Assembly (NCBI GenBank): GCA_964236795.1
Contig: CAXSFV010000002.1
Location: forward strand, 58,885 to 122,884
Source: an uncultured Armatimonadales bacterium
GTDB lineage: Bacteria; Armatimonadota; Armatimonadia; Armatimonadales; Capsulimonadaceae
DNA length: 64,000 nt
Reading direction: 5' to 3'
Below, in pieces: positions 54,921 to 63,117 of this stretch. Position 1 is the first letter of the stretch, and the number at the start of each line of letters is the position of its first letter. Below the pieces are notes generated by a model. The model had not been told where the DNA came from. It did no database searches and saw nothing but the letters and a program-made list of their open reading frames with translations. The position numbers and the translations under genes are program-made.

Positions 54921-56085
54921 GGAGCCGCCACCAGATATGAAAAAGCGCCGCCAGATTTTCCCACATCGGCGAGAACCGCAGCAGCATAATGACGGCAAAC
55001 AAAAACGACAGCAAAAGCGCAACATGAGCCAGAAACGGCGGGCGCGGCTGGTACAGCTTAAACACTCCCCGTGCGTCTACCAGCCGAGGCCCGACTTTCA
55101 GCCGCACCAGGTAAGTGGAGGCCATGCCCGCCCGGCCTTTATCCAAAAAGTCTTCCAGATTGGAATGCGTTCCCAGCGCGACAATCAGATCCGCGCCGTG
55201 TTCATACGCCAAAAGCAGCGCGGCATCTTCGCTGGTTCCCGGCACCGCGAACAAGTCCGCGCCCAGGCCGAGCGCGTGGACCCGGTCCAAGCCGGGCGCG
55301 GCGCCGTTTTTATAGGCGTGGACGATCACCTGCGCCCCGGAGCGCAGGGCGTCATCGGAAACGCTGTCCATGTCGCCGAGAATGATATCCGGGCGGTGGC
55401 CGATTTCCAGGAGAGCATCCGCCGCGCCGTCTACGGCGATCAGCACCGGCTTGTAGTCGGTCAGGTAGCCGCGCATGAGCGCTAGATCTTCTTTGTAGCC
55501 TTCGCCCCGGACCACCACCAGCGCATGGCGCCCCGACAGCTTCACCCGGCGGAGGGCCGGAACATCGGTCGGGTCCAGCAGTAAATCTTTGTCGGCGTCG
55601 AGGTATTGCAGCGTGTTCCGGGCAAACTTTTCCAGCTCCGCGCCGAGATTGGCCCGCGCCGCAGACGTCGCCTCGGCAATTTTGGCATCGTCCCACAGTG
55701 TCAGAGCATCGAAGAACGCCTCGCTTTGGAACAAACCGCCGCTGTCGGCATCCACCGACAGCGCCGCGCCGTCCCGCAGCCCGGAAAACTTAGCCAGGTC
55801 GGACAACTGGAACAAAGGGATCTGAGCAGCAGCCAGCACCGATGGCCCCCGGTTTGGGTACTTGCCGCTGATGAACGGCTGGGCGTTGACGACGGCGAGA
55901 ACGCGGGCATCGGCGAGGGCGCGGGCCGCGAGGCCGTCGAGATCGGCATGGTCAATAACCGCGATGTCGCCGGGACGCAGGCGCTTCACGAGCGCCTTTG
56001 TGCGCCGGTCGCAGCGAGCCGGGCCGCGCAGGAAGTTCACCGCTGCCGAAGCAGATTGTCCCGAAGCAGGCCGTGCAAGCGCCAA
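54913..56085 (-). CDS. SteA-like protein (thiamine-pyrophosphokinase-fold, cytokinesis-associated family)
   Basis: KRLRPGDIAVIDHADLDGLAARALADARVLAVVNAQPFISGKYPNRGPSVL matches the SteA N-terminal signature. C-terminal TM present. Confidence 0.65.
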   Translation of the reverse strand: MALARPASGQSASAAVNFLRGPARCDRRTKALVKRLRPGDIAVIDHADLDGLAARALADARVLAVVNAQPFISGKYPNRGPSVLAAAQIPLFQLSDLAKFSGLRDGAALSVDADSGGLFQSEAFFDALTLWDDAKIAEATSAARANLGAELEKFARNTLQYLDADKDLLLDPTDVPALRRVKLSGRHALVVVRGEGYKEDLALMRGYLTDYKPVLIAVDGAADALLEIGHRPDIILGDMDSVSDDALRSGAQVIVHAYKNGAAPGLDRVHALGLGADLFAVPGTSEDAALLLAYEHGADLIVALGTHSNLEDFLDKGRAGMASTYLVRLKVGPRLVDARGVFKLYQPRPPFLAHVALLLSFLFAVIMLLRFSPMWENLAALFHIWWRLHA

Positions 56086-56172
56086 GTGCGTAATTTTCTC
56101 CTGTTTGCTGTCTTGGAAAGGTTTCAGTCAGTATAGCACAAAGAGAGCCGTCCTGCGTGTCATACTGTGTTT

Positions 56173-56964
56173 ATGACTCTTGAACTCATAGACACGCATT
56201 GCCACTTAAACCATGAGGACTTTTCGCCGGACTGGGCCGAAGTCTACAACCGCGCCGAAGCCGCCGGTGTTTCGGGCTTCCTCTGCATCAGCTACGATTT
56301 AGGAAGCAGCCGCCGGGCGGCAGAGCTTGCCGCTGCTCATGCTGCCATCTATGCCGCCGTCGGCATTCACCCGGAGTCGGCGGATGAGTGGAACACCGCC
56401 GCTTCGGCGGAAATCACGGGGCTGTTCGCGGCGCACCCCGGCAAGATGACAGCCTACGGCGAGATCGGGCTGGACTACCACTGGGGTAGCGTACCTAAAG
56501 AGCGCCAGCTCGAAGTCTTCGCCGCACAAATCGCGCTTGCCCTTTCGCTGCGCCCCGACGCGCCCCTGCCGCTGGTGATCCACAACAGGGACGCTTTGGC
56601 CGATGTCCTGGCCGTCTTGAAAGCCTCACAGACACCCGCGCCGGTTGTCATGCACTGCTTTACCGGCGACACGGAGACCGCCCGGCAGTGTTTAGATGCG
56701 GGCTGCTACCTTGGCATCGGCGGGGTCGCGACATTTAAGAAGTCCGACGCCGTTCGCGCCGCGATCACTTACGCGCCGCTGGACCGGCTGCTGCTGGAAA
56801 CGGACTGTCCTTATCTCGCGCCCCAATTCAAGCGTGGACGCCGCAACGAGCCGTCTTACCTGCCTGCGATTTGCGAGACAGTCGCCGCCGCAAAATTACT
56901 CACGGTGGAAGAAGTCGCTGCCGTTACGACCGTGACGGCGAAAGCGCTTTTTGGGATGGCGTAG
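56173..56964 (+). CDS. tatD: TatD-family metal-dependent hydrolase
   Basis: LIDTHCHLNHEDF, GEIGLDYHW, VIHNRDA, HCFTG, and LLETDCPYLAP. An alternative GTG start lies at 56167. Confidence 0.88.
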   Translation: MTLELIDTHCHLNHEDFSPDWAEVYNRAEAAGVSGFLCISYDLGSSRRAAELAAAHAAIYAAVGIHPESADEWNTAASAEITGLFAAHPGKMTAYGEIGLDYHWGSVPKERQLEVFAAQIALALSLRPDAPLPLVIHNRDALADVLAVLKASQTPAPVVMHCFTGDTETARQCLDAGCYLGIGGVATFKKSDAVRAAITYAPLDRLLLETDCPYLAPQFKRGRRNEPSYLPAICETVAAAKLLTVEEVAAVTTVTAKALFGMA

Positions 56965-57004
56965 ACACGGAACTTTACCCTACTACGGAGCAGTTAAAGA
57001 CAGC

Positions 57005-57490
57005 ATGAACAAACTCATTCTGCCGTTTGCCCTCGCGGCCTCGCTTGTCGCGCCGCTGACCGCACAAGCCCAGTTCGGCGCATCTAAAGTTGCGACGGCC
57101 CATGCGTCCGTCAGGCCGGCGGCCGTTCCGCGCGGCGGCAAAGGCGTGATGACCGTCACCCTCAGCGTCGGCGCGAAGTACCACGTCAATGCCAACAAGC
57201 CGAACGACCCGGCGTACATCGCGACGGTCTTCACGCCTCAGCCCGTGCCGGGAATCCGGTTCGGAGCCGCGCGTTACCCCGCCCCCAAGCTGATGAAGCT
57301 GTCGTACTCGCCGAAGCCGCTGCTGGTCTATACCGGCCTCGTGACGGTTTCCGTTCCGTTCACGGTGACGCCTGCTGCAAAGCCCGGCAAGCTGCCGCTG
57401 TCCGGCACGGTGAAGTTTCAGGGCTGCGATGCCCAGTCCTGCTTTCCGCCCGCAGCGGCTCCCGTCAAAGCCGTCGTCAGCGTGAAGTAG
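57005..57490 (+). CDS. secreted DsbD-N/DsbC-like (PF11412-type) domain protein
   Basis: ORF trimmed to ATG 57005. Signal peptide MNKLILPFALAASLVAPLTAQA. KYHVNANKP...VYTG...FQGCDAQSCFPP is the layout of the DsbD N-terminal-like fold. Confidence 0.5.
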   Translation: MNKLILPFALAASLVAPLTAQAQFGASKVATAHASVRPAAVPRGGKGVMTVTLSVGAKYHVNANKPNDPAYIATVFTPQPVPGIRFGAARYPAPKLMKLSYSPKPLLVYTGLVTVSVPFTVTPAAKPGKLPLSGTVKFQGCDAQSCFPPAAAPVKAVVSVK

Positions 57491-57505
57491 CGGTTTTCTA
57501 AAAGC

Positions 57506-57604
57506 AGGGCGAACGCTATCAAGAAAGGGCGAACACAAGGTTCGCGCCCTACGTTTTGATTCTATTTCTTCTGACCCCGTAGGGGCGAACCTTGTGTTCG
57601 CCCT
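57506..57604. repeat. REPIN-like doublet with inward-facing GTAG heads
   Basis: gggcgaacacaaggttcgcgcc-CTAC, 26-nt spacer, GTAG-gggcgaaccttgtgttcgccc, plus an extra half-unit at 57506. Confidence 0.85.
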
Positions 57605-57668
57605 GCTCTTGATATACCCCCTGACCCCATGCCCCCTCGCCGGTGACTTTTCAGGTATAATCGGCCCG

Positions 57669-58943
57669 ATGGAATACCTCACACAACTCATCGGCAAGAC
57701 CGTAGACGACGCCGACGGCGAGCGGTTCGGCAAGCTGTCCGAAGTGGTCGTTTCCCCCGGCGAACCGCTGCCGCTGGTCGCCGCCTACCAGGTCAAGACC
57801 GAAGACGGGGCGCTGTTTGTGCCGTGGGACGGCCTTTCGGTGTCCGCCGACGGGCGCGAGTTCCGCCTCAGCCGCCCCGTCACGCAGATCCAGCCCTACC
57901 AAATCCACGCCCAGGACTTCTCGCTTGTGCGGGACGTTTTAGACAAGCAGATCGTGGACGTTCACGATTACCGAGTCGTCCGCGTCAACGACATTCGCCT
58001 CCAAACCCTGCCCAGCGGGCGGCTGGCGCTGATCGGCGTTGACCCCGGCGTGCGCGGCCTCCTCCGGCGCATGGGCCTGGACCGCTTCTTAAACAGTGTC
58101 AGCCGCGCCCTGCACCTCGGCGCGGCGTCCGACACGCTCATCGCCTGGAACGATGTCGAGTCTCTGCCAACCCACAACGCCGGGGAGCCGCTGAAACTGA
58201 AAGTCGCCCACGAGAAGATCGCCAAGCTCCACCCCGCCGACATCGGCGATATTCTGAACCAAATGGACCCCGCCCATCGTCGGGACATCCTCGAAGGCTT
58301 GGATTTAGAAACCGCCGCCGACGCCCTGGCCGAAGCCGACGAAGATGTCCAGGTCTCGGCCTTGCAGCAGCTTGACGAAGAGCTTGCCGCCGACATCCTC
58401 GAAGAAATGCCCGCCGACGAAGCCGCCGACGTTCTCGGCGACATGGATAAAGCCCACCGCGAGCAGCTTCTGGGCCGCATGGACATTGAAGAGCGCGAGG
58501 ACGTGCAGGAGCTTTTAGAGTACCACGACGAAACCGCCGGCGGCCTGATGACCAACGAGTATGTCGCCATCTCCTCGGAAATGACCGCCCAGCAGACGAT
58601 CGAACAGCTCCGCGCGTTAGAGCCGGAAGCCGAGATCACCTACTACGTCTACGTTGTAGACACCGAAGAAAAGCTCGTCGGCGTCATTACTTTGCGCGAC
58701 CTCATCGTCGCCCAGCCCGAAACCCGCGTCGCCGAGTTCATGCGCGTAAAAGTCCGCAGCGTCCTGTTAGATGCCACCGTCGAAGAAGTCGCCCACAAGT
58801 TCGAGCGCTACAAATTATTGGCTCTCCCTGTCGTCAACAGCGACGGCTGCCTGCAAGGCATCATCACCATAGACGACACCCTGGAGCAGCTTTTGCCCCC
58901 GGATTGGCGGCGGCGTCCCTCGGAGAAGCGTTCGAAAGAATGA
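57669..58943 (+). CDS. soluble PRC-barrel + MgtE_N + CBS-pair protein (no MgtE membrane domain)
   Basis: ORF trimmed to ATG 57669. LIGKTVDDADGERFGKLSEVVV (PRC-like), LHPADIGDILNQM...AADILEEMPADEAADVLGDM (MgtE_N), and two CBS motifs. The protein ends right after the CBS pair. Confidence 0.8.
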   Translation: MEYLTQLIGKTVDDADGERFGKLSEVVVSPGEPLPLVAAYQVKTEDGALFVPWDGLSVSADGREFRLSRPVTQIQPYQIHAQDFSLVRDVLDKQIVDVHDYRVVRVNDIRLQTLPSGRLALIGVDPGVRGLLRRMGLDRFLNSVSRALHLGAASDTLIAWNDVESLPTHNAGEPLKLKVAHEKIAKLHPADIGDILNQMDPAHRRDILEGLDLETAADALAEADEDVQVSALQQLDEELAADILEEMPADEAADVLGDMDKAHREQLLGRMDIEEREDVQELLEYHDETAGGLMTNEYVAISSEMTAQQTIEQLRALEPEAEITYYVYVVDTEEKLVGVITLRDLIVAQPETRVAEFMRVKVRSVLLDATVEEVAHKFERYKLLALPVVNSDGCLQGIITIDDTLEQLLPPDWRRRPSEKRSKE

Positions 58944-59332
58944 AAATTCTAGGCGACGGGCCAGTTCAGCACTTCACGAATGCCGCAGGCGTTCAAGGCA
59001 TCACGGGCCTAAGTGCAGACACACTCCAAGTCGGTGAAACTGTCGAAGCCTCTGCGCTTTCCTTTGGGCAAGGCGCGAACACTTTCCTCGCAGGAAATGC
59101 AGGCGATATTTTCGTGACCGAAATCGGCCCGGACGCAACTGCTGGGCAGCTTCAACAAATCGGCGTTTTCGGCGACAAGCAAAACTACGTGATCCAGTTC
59201 TCGCGTGAGAGTGCATTCGCAAACAATATCAGGCTTACTCCTTTGTTCCCAGCCCGAAGCATCTACGGCGTTTCGGCAGGCACAGTTTTAGACCATGCTG
59301 ATTATCTATACACGGTCACACGAATAAAATGA
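58940..59332 (+). CDS. candidate HYD1-type ADP-ribosyltransferase-like toxin (hypothesis)
   Basis: 130 aa. The ATG overlaps the upstream TGA (ATGA). VQHFTNAAGVQGI, DIFVTEIGPDATAGQL and NYVIQF resemble my recollection of the Tox-ART-HYD1 pattern (H-Y/F-T..G...I ... Y/F-L/V-S/T-D/E-I.P...T..QL). Confidence 0.4.
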   Translation: MKILGDGPVQHFTNAAGVQGITGLSADTLQVGETVEASALSFGQGANTFLAGNAGDIFVTEIGPDATAGQLQQIGVFGDKQNYVIQFSRESAFANNIRLTPLFPARSIYGVSAGTVLDHADYLYTVTRIK

Positions 59333-59949
59333 TAAACCATCAATTAACAGAACTTGAAAAGCACGATTTAACCCAGCTTGCTGTTTTTCTTAACGCTTCC
59401 GACATCAAAACGCAGATTCAGGCCATTGATGAGGCAATCCAGGTCAATTTCCTGCTGGCCGATTCGGCTGTTGACGCCTTGCAGACTGGGCAGGATCGCT
59501 ACTTTGTGGCGGAACGCCTGCATAATTTCGGGTCAGTTATTGTGGGACCGCTCCAAGCGCTGCTGGAAGCATCTGCGGACGCCGAGGTAAAAATTCTGGC
59601 GGCACTCGTGCTGCTGCGTCTCGGCTCAAGGACCGGCATCCCCATCCTGCTGGAAGCCGTCTTAACCGAGCAGGTGGACAGATATGCCGCTTTAGTTGCT
59701 GAAAGATTGGCAGCGAACGGCGTTACCGAAGCAAGCACGGCTATCATCGCCCGCCTGCGCCAGCTTAATCTGCAAGAGATCGACTTAGGAAGATCGTTCA
59801 AGAGCAATGCTGCCAAAGATTTTGTCGTCTCCTCGCTTCATGCCATGCAGACCCTGAACGTGCCATTGCCGCAGGATTTGCTCACTTACTTGACAGCGCC
59901 GGGTGTGCCGATTGAGATCACTTCGGCTTTACCAAGTAATAGAGCGTAA
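59329..59949 (+). CDS. all-helical HEAT/ARM-like repeat protein, candidate cognate immunity protein
   Basis: 206 aa with ATGA overlap to the previous ORF. Repeated helix-turn-helix hairpins (VKILAALVLLRLGSRTGIPILLEAV, AALVAERLAANGVTEASTAIIARL). Confidence 0.45.
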   Translation: MINHQLTELEKHDLTQLAVFLNASDIKTQIQAIDEAIQVNFLLADSAVDALQTGQDRYFVAERLHNFGSVIVGPLQALLEASADAEVKILAALVLLRLGSRTGIPILLEAVLTEQVDRYAALVAERLAANGVTEASTAIIARLRQLNLQEIDLGRSFKSNAAKDFVVSSLHAMQTLNVPLPQDLLTYLTAPGVPIEITSALPSNRA

Positions 59950-59973
59950 GCGATACTTGTTGCTTCATAAGGT

Positions 59974-60054
59974 TTCACCATAAACGACACCCTAGAGCAG
60001 CTACTGCCCCCCGATTGGCGGCGCAGACCATCGGAGAAGCGGGCGAAAGAGTAG
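59974..60054 (+). pseudogene. displaced 3' end (last 26 codons + stop) of a diverged allele of the PRC-MgtE_N-CBS gene
   Basis: Gap-free alignment with 58863-58943, 66/81 identical by hand count. It translates in frame to FTINDTLEQLLPPDWRRRPSEKRAKE-stop versus ITIDDTLEQLLPPDWRRRPSEKRSKE-stop. Confidence 0.8.
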
Positions 60055-60061
60055 GAACGGC

Positions 60062-60430
60062 TTGATACGCACTGAGTTCAATGGAGTTCAGCATTCTGGG
60101 AGCGTCTATGCTGCCGAGATGACCGTCTCAGACGGAACCGCCGCCGAGCAGGTTCTGGTCCCGCTTACAAAGGAAACGGCTGCATTGCTCAAGGCAGTTC
60201 TGGAAGAAGAGCCTTTCAGAGTCACGAAGCCAGGTTCTTATCGCCGCGAGTTTTCTGAAATACAGCAAGGTGGTGGACACCCGAAAACCCTAATAATCCA
60301 AGTCAGCAAGGGGCGTTCGCGAACGAAAAGAAGTGTCGCAATAAATGACGAGTTGTTCTTAATGCTCTGGAACCTCCTTCGCTTTCAGGTATTGCCAAGT
60401 CAGTTAGCGACAAAAATTCAGCGAACCTAG
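60062..60430 (+). CDS. hypothetical protein
   Basis: 122-aa ORF (TTG start; internal ATG at MTVSDG...) immediately after the displaced gene tail, followed by a strong terminator. I recognise no domain. Confidence 0.35.
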   Translation: MIRTEFNGVQHSGSVYAAEMTVSDGTAAEQVLVPLTKETAALLKAVLEEEPFRVTKPGSYRREFSEIQQGGGHPKTLIIQVSKGRSRTKRSVAINDELFLMLWNLLRFQVLPSQLATKIQRT

Positions 60431-60458
60431 TCTTTAAAGCTTGAAATAGCCGTGGAGA

Positions 60459-60484
60459 CCCGGCACTTCCAGTGCCGGGCTTTT
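60459..60484 (+). terminator. intrinsic terminator
   Basis: cccggcac-ttcca-gtgccggg followed by cTTTT. Confidence 0.7.
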
Positions 60485-60567
60485 GAAGTGCAAATGTCCG
60501 CCTTCGAGAACGCAAGAACAGCCTGAAACGACTGGCATTTAGTCGCTTCGACTTTCATTCAACAGTA

Positions 60568-60589
60568 GCCCGGCACTGAAGTGCCGGGC
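60568..60589. repeat. second copy of the cccggcac/gtgccggg hairpin (no T-tract)
   Basis: gcccggcac-tgaa-gtgccgggc. The same stem occurs at 40955 and 60459. Confidence 0.4.
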
Positions 60590-60612
60590 CCCTGCCAGAA
60601 AAGAGAACTTAC

Positions 60613-60837
60613 ATGGTCACTGCTTCTTTGCCCGAAATTACAAAATTGAGCGCCGCCGAGCGCATTCAGCTTGTGGAAGATATTTGGGATATGATTGCTG
60701 CTGAACCGGAGGCAGTCGCCTTAACGGAAGCCCAAATGCAAGAACTTGACCAGCGGCTTGATGCCTATCATGCCAATCCTCAAGCGGGTTTGTCCTGGCC
60801 GGAAGTTCGGCAACAGATTCTGGGGCAAAAGATTTAG
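60613..60837 (+). CDS. addiction-module antitoxin component (TIGR02574-like)
   Basis: ITKLSAAERIQLVEDIWDMIAAEPEAVALTEAQMQELDQRLDAYHANP....W is the typical sequence of this small antitoxin family. Confidence 0.65.
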   Translation: MVTASLPEITKLSAAERIQLVEDIWDMIAAEPEAVALTEAQMQELDQRLDAYHANPQAGLSWPEVRQQILGQKI

Positions 60838-60855
60838 GCTCTACTGGTATCCTCC

Positions 60856-61251
60856 ATGACCGATGCGCGGAAAACGATGGGGTCGCGTGGGGAAGCGGAG
60901 ACGGTGGCGTTTTTGGAGACGCGCGGCTACCGCATTGTGGATACGAATGTGCGGCCCCTGGGCGGCATGGCGCGGGGCGAGATTGATGTCATTGCCTGGG
61001 ACGGCGAATATCTGGTGTTCTGCGAGGTCAAGACGCGGCGGGTCAGGGCGGGCAGCCAGGGGACGCCTGCCGAGGCGGTCCATTTCCGGAAGCAGGCGCA
61101 GATTACGCGGCTGGCGCTGGCGTATCTCGCGAAGCATGACTTAGATGATGTCCCTTGCCGCTTTGATGTGGTGGAAGTCGTGCGCTGTCCTCCGGCCCCG
61201 GCGCGGTTTACGCTGTGGCGCGATGCGTTCCAAGTGACGGCGGAAGGATAA
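60856..61251 (+). CDS. yraN: YraN-family (UPF0102) PD-(D/E)xK endonuclease-like protein
   Basis: GSRGEAETVAFLETRGYRIVDTNVR...GEIDVIAWDGEYLVFCEVKTR. Confidence 0.85.
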   Translation: MTDARKTMGSRGEAETVAFLETRGYRIVDTNVRPLGGMARGEIDVIAWDGEYLVFCEVKTRRVRAGSQGTPAEAVHFRKQAQITRLALAYLAKHDLDDVPCRFDVVEVVRCPPAPARFTLWRDAFQVTAEG

Positions 61252-61261
61252 CGCCAGAGAA

Positions 61262-61360
61262 GGGCGAACTCAAGGTTTGCGCCCTACATTCTGTCCCCGG
61301 TGTTCTGCCTGACCCCGTAGGGGCGAACCTTGTGTTCGCCCTTCTTATTTGTGTTCGCCC
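61262..61360. repeat. REPIN-like doublet with inward-facing GTAG heads
   Basis: gggcgaactcaaggtttgcgcc-CTAC ... GTAG-gggcgaaccttgtgttcgccc, plus a half-unit gtgttcgccc. Same architecture as 57506..57604. Confidence 0.85.
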
Positions 61361-61422
61361 TGTCCCCTTATCCTCTCGCGTATCTTATTGACAACCCTCC
61401 CCGCCTGTGCTAGAATGACGGC

Positions 61423-62730
61423 ATGGCAGCGGACTATTCTTATCCCCCGCAGATCACGCTTTCTCCTGTAGAGAGGCCGGTCAAGGCGTCCGTGCGGCTG
61501 CCGGGTTCCAAGAGCATCACGAACCGGGCTTTGCTGCTGGCGGCGCTGGCGGACGGCGAAAGCCGGTTGATTGCGCCGCTGCATTCAGACGATACTTGGT
61601 ACATGGCGTCGGCCCTGCGGGAGTTTGGCGTAACTATTGAAGAAACGCCGGAGCGGAGTTTTGTTGTTGCCGGCAAAGGCGGGCGGTTTGACGCGCCGAG
61701 CAAGCCCCTGTTTATCGGCAACTCCGGGACAACCGTGCGGTTTTTAACAGCGGCGGCGTGTTTTGCGCCTGCGGGTGCGGATGTCGTTCTGGACGGGGTG
61801 GCTCGGATGCGGGAGCGGCCCATTCGGGATTTAGTCGGAGCGCTGCTGACGCTCGGCGTAGACACTGAATGCCTCAACGGTCACGGCTGTCCGCCGGTGC
61901 GAGTGCAGGGCGGCGGGATGGCGGGCGGGCGCTGCCGCCTGCGCGGGGATGTCAGCTCGCAGTTCTTGACGGCGCTGCTGCAAGCCGCGCCGTATGCTCG
62001 TCAAGACGTAGAAATTGAGATTGTCGGCGAGCTGATCTCAAAGCCCTATATTGACATCACGCAGTCGGTCATGGCGTCGTTCGGCGTCTCGCTCGTGAAC
62101 GAGGATTACCAAAAACTGCGCGTGCCGGCGGGTCAGCGTTACGCAAGCCGGGACTATGCCGTTGAAGCCGATGCGTCCAATGCATCGTACTTTCTCGCGG
62201 CGGCGGCTGTGACCGGCGGCACGGTGACGCTGGAAAACCTCGGCACAGACTCCATTCAAGGCGATATCGGGTTCTTGGACGTACTAGAGCGCATGGGCTG
62301 CACCGTTACGCGCGGGGCATTGGTGACGCTGACCGGGCCGGCCAAGCTTTCGGCGATAGACGCCGATATGGACGCCATTCCCGACACGGCGCAGACTTTA
62401 GCGGTTGTCGCGGCGTTCGCCGATGGGCCTTCTCGCATCACGAACATTGCCAGCCTGCGCGTGAAAGAAACCGACCGCGTGAAGGCCATCGCAAAAGAGC
62501 TGCCTAAGCTGGGCGTCCGCGTGGAAGAAGGGCCGGGCGACTGGACCATCACGCCGCCGGCCCATGGTGTGTACACTGCTGCCGAGATTGACACCTACGA
62601 GGATCACCGCATGGCGATGGCGTTTGCCGTCGCCGGGCTGCGTGTTCCCAATCTCACGATCAACAATCCCGGCTGCGTCGCGAAAACATTTCCCGACTTC
62701 TGGGAGCGCTGGAAAGAGGCATTTGAATGA
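61423..62730 (+). CDS. aroA: 3-phosphoshikimate 1-carboxyvinyltransferase (EPSP synthase)
   Basis: LPGSKSITNRALLLAALADG, GNSGTTVRFL, and RVKETDR. Confidence 0.95.
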   Translation: MAADYSYPPQITLSPVERPVKASVRLPGSKSITNRALLLAALADGESRLIAPLHSDDTWYMASALREFGVTIEETPERSFVVAGKGGRFDAPSKPLFIGNSGTTVRFLTAAACFAPAGADVVLDGVARMRERPIRDLVGALLTLGVDTECLNGHGCPPVRVQGGGMAGGRCRLRGDVSSQFLTALLQAAPYARQDVEIEIVGELISKPYIDITQSVMASFGVSLVNEDYQKLRVPAGQRYASRDYAVEADASNASYFLAAAAVTGGTVTLENLGTDSIQGDIGFLDVLERMGCTVTRGALVTLTGPAKLSAIDADMDAIPDTAQTLAVVAAFADGPSRITNIASLRVKETDRVKAIAKELPKLGVRVEEGPGDWTITPPAHGVYTAAEIDTYEDHRMAMAFAVAGLRVPNLTINNPGCVAKTFPDFWERWKEAFE

Positions 62731-63116
62731 CCGGCGAAGAGTTCTCGGAAGTCGGCGTCGCCGGGGCGCTGGCCCACGCTTACGCGCAGGACGCTCGCGG
62801 CTTTCTGCCGCTGCTGGCCGTGGTCCTGACCGGAACCCTGCCCGACGAGACCCAGGTTGAGCGTAAGGGCGGCCTGTTCCAGAAAGAAAAGCCCGCCCGC
62901 AAGATTTTGGTCACGCTCGGCGACAACCTGTACACGCTGGAAGATTTAGGGCGCGGGCCGCTCGTCGCCAGCCGGGTCAAGATCGTGCGCGGCATCACAC
63001 TTCAAACCAAGTTCCTGCCGATTGAAGAATGGCTGGCCGAGCTGAGCGCGGAAATTTCCGCCCGCGCCGCAAGCAACGAGAAAGCATTTTTTGCGTTGAA
63101 GAGTTTGCTGGACTAA
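62727..63116 (+). CDS. hypothetical protein translationally coupled to aroA
   Basis: 129-aa ORF whose ATG overlaps the aroA TGA (ATGA). I recognise no domain. Confidence 0.5.
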   Translation: MTGEEFSEVGVAGALAHAYAQDARGFLPLLAVVLTGTLPDETQVERKGGLFQKEKPARKILVTLGDNLYTLEDLGRGPLVASRVKIVRGITLQTKFLPIEEWLAELSAEISARAASNEKAFFALKSLLD

Positions 63117-63117
63117 A

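Noticed and set aside
57669-58943. Magnesium transporter MgtE
   Set aside because: Only the cytosolic MgtE_N and CBS domains are present. The protein ends after CBS2 with no hydrophobic segment, so it was called a soluble MgtE_N-CBS protein instead.
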